Positions 9,393 through 19,646 are shown, counted from the first letter of the stretch. The stretch is DNA of 64,000 nucleotides from Patescibacteria group bacterium (GCA_028286885.1 JAQBQS010000016.1:2809-66808); one strand, 5' to 3'. The notes: a model not told the origin generated them from the letters alone. Program-made: numbers and translations.

Positions 9393-10169
9393 TTATTGCG
9401 CCTGATTCCATGCGATATCAAACAGCATGCGCATGAACATGGCGATGGATCTGTTGGTAATAATGACTGAATGAAGCCCTTTGTCCCAAACAGTAAGCGC
9501 GACATGGTCCGTCCAAACGGACATTTGCAAGTTGGAATTGAAAATCGCCTTGGGGAGGGCGCGCACTTCGCGGAATTTGATGCGCGCTTCGAGGCGTTCG
9601 TCATCAATATCTGGAAATTCAGGCAAGAGAAGTTTTGTTTTGATTTTCCGTTTGATACGAAGCTCGCGATACTCCTTGAGCCTGTCGCGCGCAACCGTAA
9701 ACCGCTCGGGGTCTCCCGACATGCGCAGTACCTCGCCGCCTTTTTCCTGATCAAGGGATTTCATGAAAACCTTAACAAATCCGTCCTCTCCTTCCAAATG
9801 CTCGATGTCGATCTTTTCGGATTCGCCGCGCAATGCAAACAGGCTGCGCAGTTCCGGCATGACGAGTTCGAGCTCGGACACCTTTTTTCTCGTTTCGAGT
9901 TCCTCATGCTCGAGGAACTTCCGTATCTTTTCAGGATTTTCGACATAGAACACGCGGCGTTTGCCGGAAGCTGTTACGCCAAGAACGCCGCGTTCAACAA
10001 GGCTTTCAACAGCAAGGTGAATAGTCGAGCGGGGGAGTTTTACGCCGCCTGCAATCGCGGCAATGCTCGAGATTCCATTTTGGAACAAGAAAAATACTGC
10101 CTGAATTTGAGCCGAGTCCATGCCGATATTCTTGAGTGACGACTTCAATTGTTTCGGTATTTCGATCAT
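9393..10169 (-). CDS. TrmB-family transcriptional regulator
   Basis: N-terminal wHTH (IAGGVKLPRSTIHLAVESLVERG) plus sensor-like C domain; paralog of 34730-35485. Confidence 0.8.
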   Translation of the reverse strand: MIEIPKQLKSSLKNIGMDSAQIQAVFFLFQNGISSIAAIAGGVKLPRSTIHLAVESLVERGVLGVTASGKRRVFYVENPEKIRKFLEHEELETRKKVSELELVMPELRSLFALRGESEKIDIEHLEGEDGFVKVFMKSLDQEKGGEVLRMSGDPERFTVARDRLKEYRELRIKRKIKTKLLLPEFPDIDDERLEARIKFREVRALPKAIFNSNLQMSVWTDHVALTVWDKGLHSVIITNRSIAMFMRMLFDIAWNQAQ

Positions 10170-10294
10170 GAAACAAGATTATCACAAGTAGTTTGAAATG
10201 ACAAATTTTTATGACACTTTGTACAAAAAACTATAAAAACCAATGAAATTGCCATTTTTACAGAAATAGGTATCAAAATTACTTGTCAAAACTA

Positions 10295-10323
10295 TTGACT
10301 TTTGTTTGCGCGCGTGATACAAT
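10295..10323 (+). promoter_or_regulatory. Sigma70-type promoter with extended -10
   Basis: TTGACT-17 nt-TACAAT preceded by TG. Confidence 0.55.
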
Positions 10324-11011
10324 GCTTGCAGGAAGATAAGAAATAATTCTTCGAGTTCTTTCAAATCCGCGAGATTGCATCCCATTCTCGAAAGGACCGT
10401 TCCCGATATCATAACGTTTGGTGGTATTTGGAACAGTCCTTTCGAGGAAATATTAATAAGCGGCAGCGACTATCTGCCAGGGTCCCCGTGCTGAAGCGAT
10501 TTGACTTCAGGGCGGGGGTAATAACTTGGAGATCCCCATCCAGGAATCAGACACTTAACGTAAGTTCCTCTGACCAACCAATCTGGCGGGCAAAAAACCA
10601 TTCTGCGGGAACAGAATGCCAACTCTATAGACAAGGTTACAACCCCTACGTTAAATGAGTTAAAGTTTTTATGTACAGAGCCGCGTTTCTCGGCTCGTCC
10701 TTCCTTCATGTTCCTAACCGGGCGCAGGGACATGAGGGGCGTGATTAGGTCACGCAAGAAGGGAAGATCTTTGCATTGCATTTGCAAAGGAAGAAAATGC
10801 GCGTAATAGGGAGAGGTCTGGCAAAGGGGGCCTAGAGGGTCATCCTGAGGACCGGACACCTCTCCCTTTCTATCAGGATCTCGAAGAAATTCGAGGTTCT
10901 GTAGAAATTATTCTTTCAAAAAATATAAAGATGTGCGCATGTAAAAGTCACGAGAATAAGAATGTGAAAATTGAAAAATTTACAATTATTCATCATTCAA
11001 AAACTTTTATT

Positions 11012-11305
11012 ATGCAAAACATGTTAGTTGTTACAGCCGCGGTGGGCAGCTTTTTTTACGAGGGACATGATGATCCGAAGACATTTTTCCTAAGCGTAAA
11101 ACCTGGTGATTCTTCGGAAGAGCTTGTTTCTACGGTAGTGGAAAAGTTGTATCGAGTTTTTCGCCCAGAGGATCTTTCCTTCGGGAATGGCTTCGTTGGG
11201 ATAATCCACGACCTCGATCCCCAGGGCGGCCTGATTCGAGAAATCGAACAGAAGTTTAAAGAGCGTTTGGGTAGGGACGAGATCACCGTTCAGGTGAATG
11301 GGTAA
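11012..11305 (+). CDS. Hypothetical protein
   Basis: 97-aa ORF between hairpin repeats. Confidence 0.55.
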   Translation: MQNMLVVTAAVGSFFYEGHDDPKTFFLSVKPGDSSEELVSTVVEKLYRVFRPEDLSFGNGFVGIIHDLDPQGGLIREIEQKFKERLGRDEITVQVNG

Positions 11306-11476
11306 TACCAAGTATTGGCGAGAGTTTCTCGCCATTTTTATCAGAGTCTTGAATTTAATTCGAGGTTCTGCAGAAAGCACATTCAAACAAAATATAAATA
11401 TACGTGCTGTTGTATCCATGCAAAATTATCTATTCAAAGAGTTGGAATAGAAAAAAACAAAACAAAATTTTGCAAG

Positions 11477-11989
11477 ATGGAAAAAACAGTATCACGACGT
11501 TGTTCGCTTAGGTATTGCAATTCCTCGGTAGTGAGCTCACTTCAAGTGATCCACTACGGTGCCAGCAGGTTTGAGTTTTCAAAGTTTAATCCCATTGCGA
11601 ACCACTTCGGTACGTATGGAATTAAACCGAGAAGCGGCGGTCTTTGGACCTCGCCGGTTAACTCAAATCATTCCTGGAGAGGTTTCTGCGAAGGTGAAGA
11701 TTTCAATCTTCATACCTTGAGTTCGTCTTTTCGCCTCTCGTTTCATGGTTGCGCCAAAATCGCAATCATTGACTCGTACGGGGACTTGGAGAACCTTCCG
11801 ATGAGGAGTTTTCCAAAGTCGATGGCTGAAACCGATGTCGATTGGGAGCTTGTTGCTCGCAATGCAGACGCGGTTTGGCTTACGGCGAAAGGCGAGACGA
11901 GGACGAGGCTTTCGGCCCCGTACTTGTTGAACGGATGGGACTGCGAAACAGTTCTCATCATGAATCCGAATTGCTTCTACCTCGTGTAG
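11477..11989 (+). CDS. Hypothetical protein (possibly phage-associated family)
   Basis: KPRSGGLWTSP...DWE...DAVWLT...GWDCETVL conserved-looking motifs. Confidence 0.6.
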   Translation: MEKTVSRRCSLRYCNSSVVSSLQVIHYGASRFEFSKFNPIANHFGTYGIKPRSGGLWTSPVNSNHSWRGFCEGEDFNLHTLSSSFRLSFHGCAKIAIIDSYGDLENLPMRSFPKSMAETDVDWELVARNADAVWLTAKGETRTRLSAPYLLNGWDCETVLIMNPNCFYLV

Positions 11990-12094
11990 AGCAGTTTGTA
12001 TTCATAGGACAAGGAAACTTGTCCTCTTTATCAGGATCTTGAACACGTTCGAGGTTCTGTAGGGAATATTTGATCACCTAAAAATAAATAACGT

Positions 12095-12301
12095 ATGATA
12101 GCTGATATTTTTGACGAACTGCTTGCAAAAATTACTCCCCAGGAAAGTTGGACGGTAAAAAAGTGGTTTATGCACCGCTACGGAGAAAAAGGCTGCATCA
12201 GGAGAACTAAGACGAGACGCATATCTCTCTTTCGTCCGAACGGCCCGAAGGCGAGGAAGAGAAAGTACCCGCAAGGCCATCATCCGGAAGATATCTTTTA
12301 G
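12095..12301 (+). CDS. Small basic hypothetical protein
   Basis: 68-aa ORF after the third hairpin, followed by a terminator. Confidence 0.4.
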   Translation: MIADIFDELLAKITPQESWTVKKWFMHRYGEKGCIRRTKTRRISLFRPNGPKARKRKYPQGHHPEDIF

Positions 12302-12346
12302 TTTAAGTAAACATACGCAAAGAGCGGTCTCTAAAGACCGCTCTTT

Positions 12347-13879
12347 TTATCTCGCATATTCAATCACTCTATTCTCCCGAATCACCGTTACCTTGATTTC
12401 TCCTGGATAGCGGAGCTCCTGTTCGATGCGGATCGCCATGTTGCGAGCCGTTTCGCGCGCCTGCATGTCGGTTAGGACATCGGGGCTTACGAAGACGCGG
12501 ATTTCGCGGCCGGCTTGGAGGGCGAATGATTTCTCGACGCCTGCAAACGTGTTGACGACTGATTCGAGTTCGCGCAAACGCTTCAAGTAATTCTCGAGCG
12601 TATCGCGGCGCGCGCCCGGGCGTGCGCCTGAAATCTGGTCGCAGACCTGGACGATGACGGCCTCGACGGTTTCGTGCGGCCAGTCATCGTGGTGCGATTT
12701 CATGGCGGTGATGACGCGCGGATCAACGCCGAACTTTTCCAAGATGCGGATGCCGATTTCGATATGCGTCCCTTCAACTTCATGATCCAAAGCTTTCCCG
12801 ATGTCATGGACGAGTCCGGCAATCTTGGCGACCACGGGATCAGCTCCGAGTTCTGTTGCGAGCATCTCGGCCAAATGGGCAACCTCGAGCGAGTGCTGCA
12901 GAACATTTTGTCCGTATGACGTTCGATATTTCAATCGTCCCAAGATGGCGATGACGCGCGGATCCAAGGTATAGATTCCGCATTCGTGAACGGCATCTTC
13001 GCCCGCCTTCTTGACCATCTCATTGATTTCGGATTTTGCCTTCTCGAAGAATTCTTCGATTTTTGCAGGTTGGATGCGTCCGTCCTTGATTAGGTTTTCC
13101 AAGGTTACGCGCGCAACCTGGCGGCGGATCGGATCAAATGAGGAGATAATGATTTCATCAGGCGACTCATCAATAATGAGCTCGACGCCGGTGATTCGCT
13201 CGAACGTTCGGATGTTGCGGCCTTCGCGTCCGATGATTTTTCCTTTGACATCGTCTGATTCGATTTCGACTGACGTTGTCGTCATCTCGTGAGCGGTTGA
13301 ACTCGCGAGGCGCTGGATGGAATTTACCAAGATTTCACGCGCGCGGGATTTGTATTTTTCCTCGCCTGTGATTTCAAGTTTTCGGAGCCTTACCAAGATG
13401 TCCTCCGAGTATTTCGCCTCGGCATCTGCAACGAGAAGATCGCGCGCCTCTTCTCGGGTCATGCCGGCGAGCTTGATGAAATCGGATTCCTGCTTTGCCA
13501 AGTTCTCCGTCGCCTTTTCCTTCAGGATCTGAACCTCGGCAACTTTCTTTTTCAGGTCTTCGTATTCGCGGTCGACATCTGATTGGCGGGCATCGAGCGT
13601 CTTTTCCTTGTTCACCAAAAAGTCGCGCGTTTTCTTGAACTCGGTTTCATGGTCTCGTTCGATGTGGCGGAGCTCGTCGGTTCGCGATAGGGCGCGGCGT
13701 TCAGCATCTTCGACAATGCGCGTCGCGTCTTCGCGTGCGCGGAGCATCAATTCTTTGACGTTGGTCTCGAGGCTTCGCTTCTGGAATCGTGCGACGATTT
13801 TGCGGATGAAGTATCCGAGAAACCCGCCGATGACAAGCGCCGCAAAACATGCGGCAAGGGCAATAATATAGTGGCTCAT
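12347..13879 (-). CDS. rny: Ribonuclease Y
   Basis: N-terminal TM, coiled coil, KH (KGKIIGREGRNIR), HD (HDIGKA), GARPGARR, IKVTVIRE. Confidence 0.97.
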   Translation of the reverse strand: MSHYIIALAACFAALVIGGFLGYFIRKIVARFQKRSLETNVKELMLRAREDATRIVEDAERRALSRTDELRHIERDHETEFKKTRDFLVNKEKTLDARQSDVDREYEDLKKKVAEVQILKEKATENLAKQESDFIKLAGMTREEARDLLVADAEAKYSEDILVRLRKLEITGEEKYKSRAREILVNSIQRLASSTAHEMTTTSVEIESDDVKGKIIGREGRNIRTFERITGVELIIDESPDEIIISSFDPIRRQVARVTLENLIKDGRIQPAKIEEFFEKAKSEINEMVKKAGEDAVHECGIYTLDPRVIAILGRLKYRTSYGQNVLQHSLEVAHLAEMLATELGADPVVAKIAGLVHDIGKALDHEVEGTHIEIGIRILEKFGVDPRVITAMKSHHDDWPHETVEAVIVQVCDQISGARPGARRDTLENYLKRLRELESVVNTFAGVEKSFALQAGREIRVFVSPDVLTDMQARETARNMAIRIEQELRYPGEIKVTVIRENRVIEYAR

Positions 13880-14075
13880 AAAAATTCAAGGTCGCGCTAA
13901 GAAGTAAAAATCAAAAATAAACCAGAGAGGGAAGAAGTGCTGAATAAAAACAAAATAAGAATTTCCCTATGTTTAAAGTATCAGGAAAAACGCACTTTGT
14001 AAAGAAACTTGACGCCTGCTTGAAAGGATGATACGTTCATTCATGATAAAACTCTTTAAACCAAAATAACTAACC

Positions 14076-14495
14076 ATGAGAAAAGCCGTTAACATTTTTG
14101 CCTGGATCTTAACTACGATCATTCTTTTATCAACATTTTTCTTCGCGGTGGGAATACTTCCCGGGCCTTACGAGATCTGGTCTGTCTACGCTGCCTATGT
14201 GATCAGCTTCGGATTCTGCGTATGGGTGATCACGCGAGAAAACGTAAACGAGGTCGTTATGGTCTCGACGAGCGTTCTCTTCGTACTCCTCATCTGCACG
14301 CCATGGATTTTTCCTGCAGGCGTCCTTTTTGCCGATACTATGGATGACAGAATGACCTCGATGGCATTTTGCTACATGCCCTTCGGATGGTTCGGGATCA
14401 AGAGTCTCGCGTTCATGACGGTGCTTCCGGTAATAGTCGTAAGCATTCTTGATTCATATTGTCACGAATCGTCAAAGTCGGAGGAATTGGCATAG
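14076..14495 (+). CDS. Hypothetical membrane protein
   Basis: About four hydrophobic segments; own promoter and terminator. Confidence 0.65.
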   Translation: MRKAVNIFAWILTTIILLSTFFFAVGILPGPYEIWSVYAAYVISFGFCVWVITRENVNEVVMVSTSVLFVLLICTPWIFPAGVLFADTMDDRMTSMAFCYMPFGWFGIKSLAFMTVLPVIVVSILDSYCHESSKSEELA

Positions 14496-14618
14496 CCATT
14501 AAAACAGTCCCTACGGGCTGTTTTTTATTTTGATGGAAGGCAAGTAATATTTGACATTCTAGTTTTGAAATGGTAAATTCATTTCAATATCTTTATTCTT
14601 TCATCAAACATTGAAAAC

Positions 14619-15047
14619 ATGAGAAAAGCATTTATTGCCGGCTTGATGATGTTTATGACGGCAGCGCTGATCGCCCAGAATTCATTTCCGGGAGATCTGG
14701 ACGGTATGGATACTTTACAGTATCCGGCTGCTGCGCCATCAAAGTACGTTCTTCGGATCAAGAATCTTTCTTCCAATGCGGTCTTCGCCATTGCGTTTGC
14801 CTGTACCGCCAATACATTCTATGACGGAGATACGATCGTATTGCAGGAAACATTTTTCAAGGATGCGCCGTCCGCTCAGATGAGCATTTGTCTGGAGACG
14901 GTCGAATTCACGAAAAGCTCGGTCTGCCGAAAAGTCGCCAAGGAAGACACGGCGATCATTTACACGAAATGCGTCATTTTGTCCGGAGGCACGGATCCCA
15001 AGAAGCCGTGGCGGTCATATCATTACACGCGCAACAATTCGGGCTAA
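14619..15047 (+). CDS. Hypothetical secreted protein (paralog of 15965-16321)
   Basis: Signal peptide; shares YDGDT.V and YTK.VI..GG motifs with 15965. Confidence 0.65.
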   Translation: MRKAFIAGLMMFMTAALIAQNSFPGDLDGMDTLQYPAAAPSKYVLRIKNLSSNAVFAIAFACTANTFYDGDTIVLQETFFKDAPSAQMSICLETVEFTKSSVCRKVAKEDTAIIYTKCVILSGGTDPKKPWRSYHYTRNNSG

Positions 15048-15174
15048 AAGCCTTTGAAATCCCGGTTATGCCGGGATTTTTTATCGGGAAAATGCCGTAT
15101 TGGATACTTGACATATTATATATATTATGCTAATGTATAAGAGTATTCTTTTAATAACCGCATAAATCAAAAAA

Positions 15175-15810
15175 ATGAAAAAAGTAATGTTCATCGCTAC
15201 GGCGCTTATCGGCCTTTGTCTTGCATCATGCACCCAATCCCAGAAACAGGATCAAACGGCTGAAACCAAGCCCGCCTGCGACTGCAAAGAAAAGTCATGG
15301 ACACAAGACGGCATCGAATACTCGCAGGTGTGCCTCGAAAACTGCAAGTCGGAAGTCGACAAGGAGCAATTCGACACTCTTGTCAAAAACGGCGTGAGCG
15401 TATACATGCACCGCAAATGGGTCTACGGAGATACGGCTTGGGCTGCTTGGTACATTGACCAGGTGGAAGGCAAGAACGTAACCATCACGCCTCAATCCGA
15501 CCAGGATCTCAGGCGCGAACACATCAGGAATGCCCACAAGGATGGAGATCTGGTAGACGTTTCCTTTTGGGGAGATTCGCTTGCAGGCCCTAAGCACTGG
15601 AACGGAGGCTATTTCAAAATCCGCGTTTACAAGAATCGCTTCGAGATTCCGTGTGTGGACCATAACATGTATCCTGACCTGAGCGTCACGCAGATCGATG
15701 AGATGAATGCATTTCTGGCCAAGTACAGATCCCGCTTCACAGCCATGATGCAGGCCGCATCGGATCCGAAGCTGAAGGACTTCCAAGTCCTGTCGCCATT
15801 TACTCTTTAG
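15175..15810 (+). CDS. Hypothetical lipoprotein
   Basis: Lipobox LASC after hydrophobic signal. Confidence 0.7.
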   Translation: MKKVMFIATALIGLCLASCTQSQKQDQTAETKPACDCKEKSWTQDGIEYSQVCLENCKSEVDKEQFDTLVKNGVSVYMHRKWVYGDTAWAAWYIDQVEGKNVTITPQSDQDLRREHIRNAHKDGDLVDVSFWGDSLAGPKHWNGGYFKIRVYKNRFEIPCVDHNMYPDLSVTQIDEMNAFLAKYRSRFTAMMQAASDPKLKDFQVLSPFTL

Positions 15811-15964
15811 AGAGAATCACATTCCTTTAAAGAAAACCCTTCCAATAAATGGAAGGGTTTTTTATTTTTACACGAAAAAAATAGAGATGGATATAATTTG
15901 ACAATTAACATATATTATGCTAATATAAGAACATATTCTTTTAATAACCACATAAACAAACCAA

Positions 15965-16321
15965 ATGAGAAAAGTATTTTTCGCAATCGCAATAATCTCG
16001 GCATTGTTTCTCTCAAGCTGCAATTCCAATGATACGCACAACATGATTCGAGTGATGAACTTAAAAGATCTCGCCGATAAGGAAAATCCCTTGGTATCGC
16101 TCCAGCTCAAATCCGATGCACGGCCCCACTATGATGGAGATACTGTCGTAGTCGGCCAAACGATGTCAGGATTCAGCCTTAACTGCTTCATCGAGACCAA
16201 GCCCGTTGTATTTCCGAAAGGAAAGATGGAAGTACAAGAAGACCAGCTGGTCAGCATGATAACGTATACGAAGATGGTTATCATGAGAGGCGGTGACAAA
16301 ATGCCTTCCGTAAATCTCTAG
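15965..16321 (+). CDS. Hypothetical lipoprotein
   Basis: Lipobox LSSC; paralogous motifs with 14619. Confidence 0.65.
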   Translation: MRKVFFAIAIISALFLSSCNSNDTHNMIRVMNLKDLADKENPLVSLQLKSDARPHYDGDTVVVGQTMSGFSLNCFIETKPVVFPKGKMEVQEDQLVSMITYTKMVIMRGGDKMPSVNL

Positions 16322-16407
16322 TTTGCAAATTATGCAAACGCAAAATCCGAATTCATTTTATGAATTCGGATTTTTTCTTGGCACCTATTTTTAAAAACGC
16401 GCCAAGA

Positions 16408-16992
16408 TTACCGCTTCGTAATCACCTTGTCGGCGATGCCGTACTTTACGGCTTCTTCGCCGTGCATCCAGTAGTTGCGGTCGGCATCTTTTTCGATCTG
16501 CGCCAAGGTCTTGCCTGTATTCTTGGCAAGCATCTTGTAGAGCATCGCCTTGTTTTTCAAGATATGTTCTGCGACGATCGCGATGTCGGACGCCTGGCCC
16601 TCGGTTCCGCCGAGCGGCTGATGGATCATGACTTCGGAGTGGGGAAGGACGAATCGTTTTCCTTTCGCTCCTTCCGACAAGATCATTGCGCCCATGCTCG
16701 CCGCCATGCCGACGCAGATCGTCGAGACGTCGCATTTCAAAAAGTTCATCGTGTCGATGATCGCCATTCCTGCGGTGATGACGCCGCCCGGAGAATTGAT
16801 ATAGAGCGTGATGTCTTTCTTGCTATCGTCGTTTTCAAGGAAGATAAGCTGCGCGATGATGATGTTGGCAATCTCGTCGTCGATCGGACCCGCGAGGAAG
16901 ATAATGCGCTCTTTCAGGAGGCGCGAATAGATATCGTATGCGCGCTCGCCTTGGGATGTTTTTTCGAGGACGGTTGGGATTAAATATGACAT
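16408..16992 (-). CDS. clpP: ATP-dependent Clp protease proteolytic subunit
   Basis: [36 protein letters not shown]. Confidence 0.97.
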   Translation of the reverse strand: MSYLIPTVLEKTSQGERAYDIYSRLLKERIIFLAGPIDDEIANIIIAQLIFLENDDSKKDITLYINSPGGVITAGMAIIDTMNFLKCDVSTICVGMAASMGAMILSEGAKGKRFVLPHSEVMIHQPLGGTEGQASDIAIVAEHILKNKAMLYKMLAKNTGKTLAQIEKDADRNYWMHGEEAVKYGIADKVITKR

Positions 16993-17235
16993 AGGAATAT
17001 TAGAAATTAGGTTAAGTTCGGATTCCTCCCCTGCGAAGGGGAGGTGCCCGTAGGGCGGAGGGGTATGTTCGGATGTGTCTGAGAATCTGAAAAACCCGCT
17101 ATGACTATAGCACAAAAAGAAGGCCTCGACTGAATTCTTGACATATTTATACATCTCTGATAATATGGATCCCCGACGTTCTTTTTGAAAACCGCATCAC
17201 CCAATTTGATTTTTAAACCAAACCAACATATCCAA

Positions 17236-17754
17236 ATGGAAGAAACCAAGCCAACAGCAACGGGGAAATCCCCAAAAGCAACCGTCTTGATCGTGATCCA
17301 CGATCATAACTGCCACAAGCCGAGCAAGAAGCTCTTTGGCGAAGCGGTCGAATTCCTGATCGAAAGGTCGGATGCCGACATCGCGTTCACGACGAATGCA
17401 TACGATCACCACGAACTGGTACTCTCAATCACTCCGGAAGGTTCTACCGAAGGCGCCATGCCTGCGGCCGGAATATTCCAGGAAATCGGAGCGGAGCTCA
17501 GATGGATGGGACGGAGCGACCGCGGCGACGCGCATCTCCTCGACTTCAAGCGTGTTCGCGAACCGCACGTCGCATCAAAGACAAGCCTCGAGTTCAATGC
17601 CCTCAAGCATGCCAGATCGATACGCAACTGCGTGCCCGGCATCATGAAGATCGCCGAACTCAAGTATCAGACTATGAAACTCAACAGCGGCGGAATCCCG
17701 CACATGGTCGTGACCGTGCCTGCTGACAAGAAAGTATTGGAGCTTGTCGAGTAA
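17236..17754 (+). CDS. Hypothetical protein
   Basis: 172-aa ORF with promoter and terminator. Confidence 0.6.
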   Translation: MEETKPTATGKSPKATVLIVIHDHNCHKPSKKLFGEAVEFLIERSDADIAFTTNAYDHHELVLSITPEGSTEGAMPAAGIFQEIGAELRWMGRSDRGDAHLLDFKRVREPHVASKTSLEFNALKHARSIRNCVPGIMKIAELKYQTMKLNSGGIPHMVVTVPADKKVLELVE

Positions 17755-17851
17755 CGAAAGTTCAAATCCCAATCAGAGCGTCTCTTAGGAGGCGCTTTTT
17801 ATCTTGACAAAATCCATTTTCGTGATAAACTTTTCGCAAATAAAATTACAA

Positions 17852-18218
17852 ATGAATAAACATCTAAAAGCAGCATTTCAACTTTTTGTGCTCTTAGCCG
17901 CTGCGACATGGGTTATTACAATACTCATTGGGGCATATGTGGACCTGTTAAACACCATCAAAGCTGTCTTTCTTATCGCCCTTTCTCGATTCCTCATCCC
18001 GTACGTTGTGGCAATTGCGTTAATAATATTTTCTAAATGGATTTCGGAGAAGAATCAAGAAAAAATTTATACTGTTGCAACAACGCCGGTGATCGTGGTG
18101 CTGATAACCGCTTATCAGCGGGATCTATTTCGGAATCGCATCGGGCATAGCCTTTGCGCTCTCGTTATTTTTTCTCTACGGCATTCCGTATTGCAAAAAG
18201 ATATTTCAGAAAACATAA
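17852..18218 (+). pseudogene. Frameshifted membrane protein gene
   Basis: Hydrophobic ORF from MNKHLK; near 18115 the hydrophobic sequence continues in another frame (FGIASGIAFALSLFFLYG...KT*), which ends just before a terminator. Confidence 0.45.
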
Positions 18219-18262
18219 TCGCACATCAAAACGCACCTCGTCAGGTGCGTTTTTTATTTTAC

Positions 18263-19321
18263 CTATTTCAATCCTTCCAAGTATTCAAATGCTTTTGCGT
18301 TCGTCAGAATCTGCGTGACATAGGCGCGTACGCGTTCTTCGGAAACATCCTGCGCGTCCTTGTACATCTCGAGAATCTTCGCAGTCTCTGACTGGATTTC
18401 TTCCTGATTAGGTTCAAGCTTCTCGTCTTCTGCAACCTTGTCCAAGATGAGCTGCATCTTCGCGCGCTTCTCGGCGTTGATGCGCCATTCGGCTTTCAAT
18501 GCATCTTCTGTCTTCTCGATTCGTTTCAAGTAATCGTCCATCGTCATGCCCGTCATCGAAATGTCGTAGGCGAACTGCGACATCATCTTGTCGAGTTCGA
18601 TGTCGACCAGGAGATCAGGCAAGTCAATCGAAGCTCCTTCGATAATTCCGTCGATCATGGTAATTCGTTTCTTCTCGTTTTCCTGGCGCGTTTTTTCCTT
18701 CGCCAAGTTTTCGCGAAGCTTCGTCTTGAAATCTTCGACTGATTCGAATGCTCCGAGCGTTTTTACAAACTCATCGTCGAGCGCAGGAAGATCTTTTTCT
18801 TCGATGTTCGCATGGTTGTGATCCGTGTGGTCATGTCCGTGCTCGTGCATCAAATGATGCGCGCGCATCTGGCGGAGTTCCTTGATCGAGCCGTCCACCT
18901 CGTCGTCGGTTACCTCGACTGAAATGGTTTCCTTGTTTGTCGACTTGGCAATTTTTTTGTAATCGCCCAAATCGATTTTCGGAACGACAGCCGTGATCAC
19001 GGAAAATTCCAAGTCGTTGCCCTTGGCAATTTTCTTGATATGGATTTCTGGTCGGCCGATTGCCTCGATCTTATTATCAATAATGACCGTTGGATATGCG
19101 TCGGAAATGGCGAGTTCCGCCATTTGTTCAAGGATGCCCATTTCGCCGACGTGTTTTTCGATCATGTTTGCGGGAACCTTGCCTTCGCGGAATCCGTCGA
19201 TTTTGACGCGGCGGCCGATCGCGGCGATGGCGCGGTCGCGGTAGCTCTCGAATTTTTCAGCAGGAACAGTTCCGCTGATCTCGATGCGGGAACGATCCAA
19301 TGGTTTGATTTCGGGTTTCAT
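18263..19321 (-). CDS. tig: Trigger factor lacking the FKBP domain
   Basis: GFREGKVP ribosome-binding motif; LPALDDEFVK and C-terminal domain; only 352 aa, with a His-rich linker in place of the PPIase domain. Confidence 0.92.
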   Translation of the reverse strand: MKPEIKPLDRSRIEISGTVPAEKFESYRDRAIAAIGRRVKIDGFREGKVPANMIEKHVGEMGILEQMAELAISDAYPTVIIDNKIEAIGRPEIHIKKIAKGNDLEFSVITAVVPKIDLGDYKKIAKSTNKETISVEVTDDEVDGSIKELRQMRAHHLMHEHGHDHTDHNHANIEEKDLPALDDEFVKTLGAFESVEDFKTKLRENLAKEKTRQENEKKRITMIDGIIEGASIDLPDLLVDIELDKMMSQFAYDISMTGMTMDDYLKRIEKTEDALKAEWRINAEKRAKMQLILDKVAEDEKLEPNQEEIQSETAKILEMYKDAQDVSEERVRAYVTQILTNAKAFEYLEGLK

Positions 19322-19364
19322 AGTGCGGGTATCGTAGCAGATTTCGAGGAAAATAAAAAGCGCC

Positions 19365-19646
19365 TTAGTTGAGCGCTTTCTTGAGGTTCAGTTTGTTTTC
19401 GAGTTCCCGGACCTTCAAATGAATGAAGAATTTCGAGAAGGCGCCGATCGACGGATCAGCCTCCTGCTTCTTGAGAGTTACAAGCTGGGCCGTCATCTGC
19501 GCGACGGGGTCGGCAGAAGTCTCCGTTGAAACAGTCGTTTCAGGGGCTGAAACGGTTGCATCAGCAGAAATGGTTTCTGCATGAGCATGCGCGGCTCCGA
19601 AGGCTACGATTGCGATGGCAAGGCTAAAAATAGCGAGTTTTTTCAT
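19365..19646 (-). CDS. Hypothetical secreted protein
   Basis: Signal peptide ending AHA. Confidence 0.6.
   Translation of the reverse strand: MKKLAIFSLAIAIVAFGAAHAHAETISADATVSAPETTVSTETSADPVAQMTAQLVTLKKQEADPSIGAFSKFFIHLKVRELENKLNLKKALN

Larger units (their letters stand above)
10867..12066 (+). repeat. Three intergenic copies of a ~41-nt hairpin (10867-10907, 11335-11377, 12025-12066)
   Basis: Consensus TATCAGRRTCTYGAA-N4/5-TTCGAGGTTCTGYAG; each copy is preceded by another hairpin. Confidence 0.75.

Noticed and set aside
10330-10866. RNase P RNA, tmRNA or SRP RNA
   Set aside because: Did not find GAGGAAAGTCC, tRNA-like ends or the SRP loop motif on either strand
10867-12066. CRISPR array or integron attC sites
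   Set aside because: Repeats are separated by whole genes, no cas or intI gene is in the window, and RYYYAAC/GTTRRRY boxes are missing
16360-16983. Long antisense ORFs over clpP, rny, purD, guaA and the AAA gene
   Set aside because: Shadow frames of well-supported genes with no recognisable motifs
18219-18391. 3' part of ORF 17804-18391
   Set aside because: Runs through a terminator into tig; better explained by an upstream frameshift
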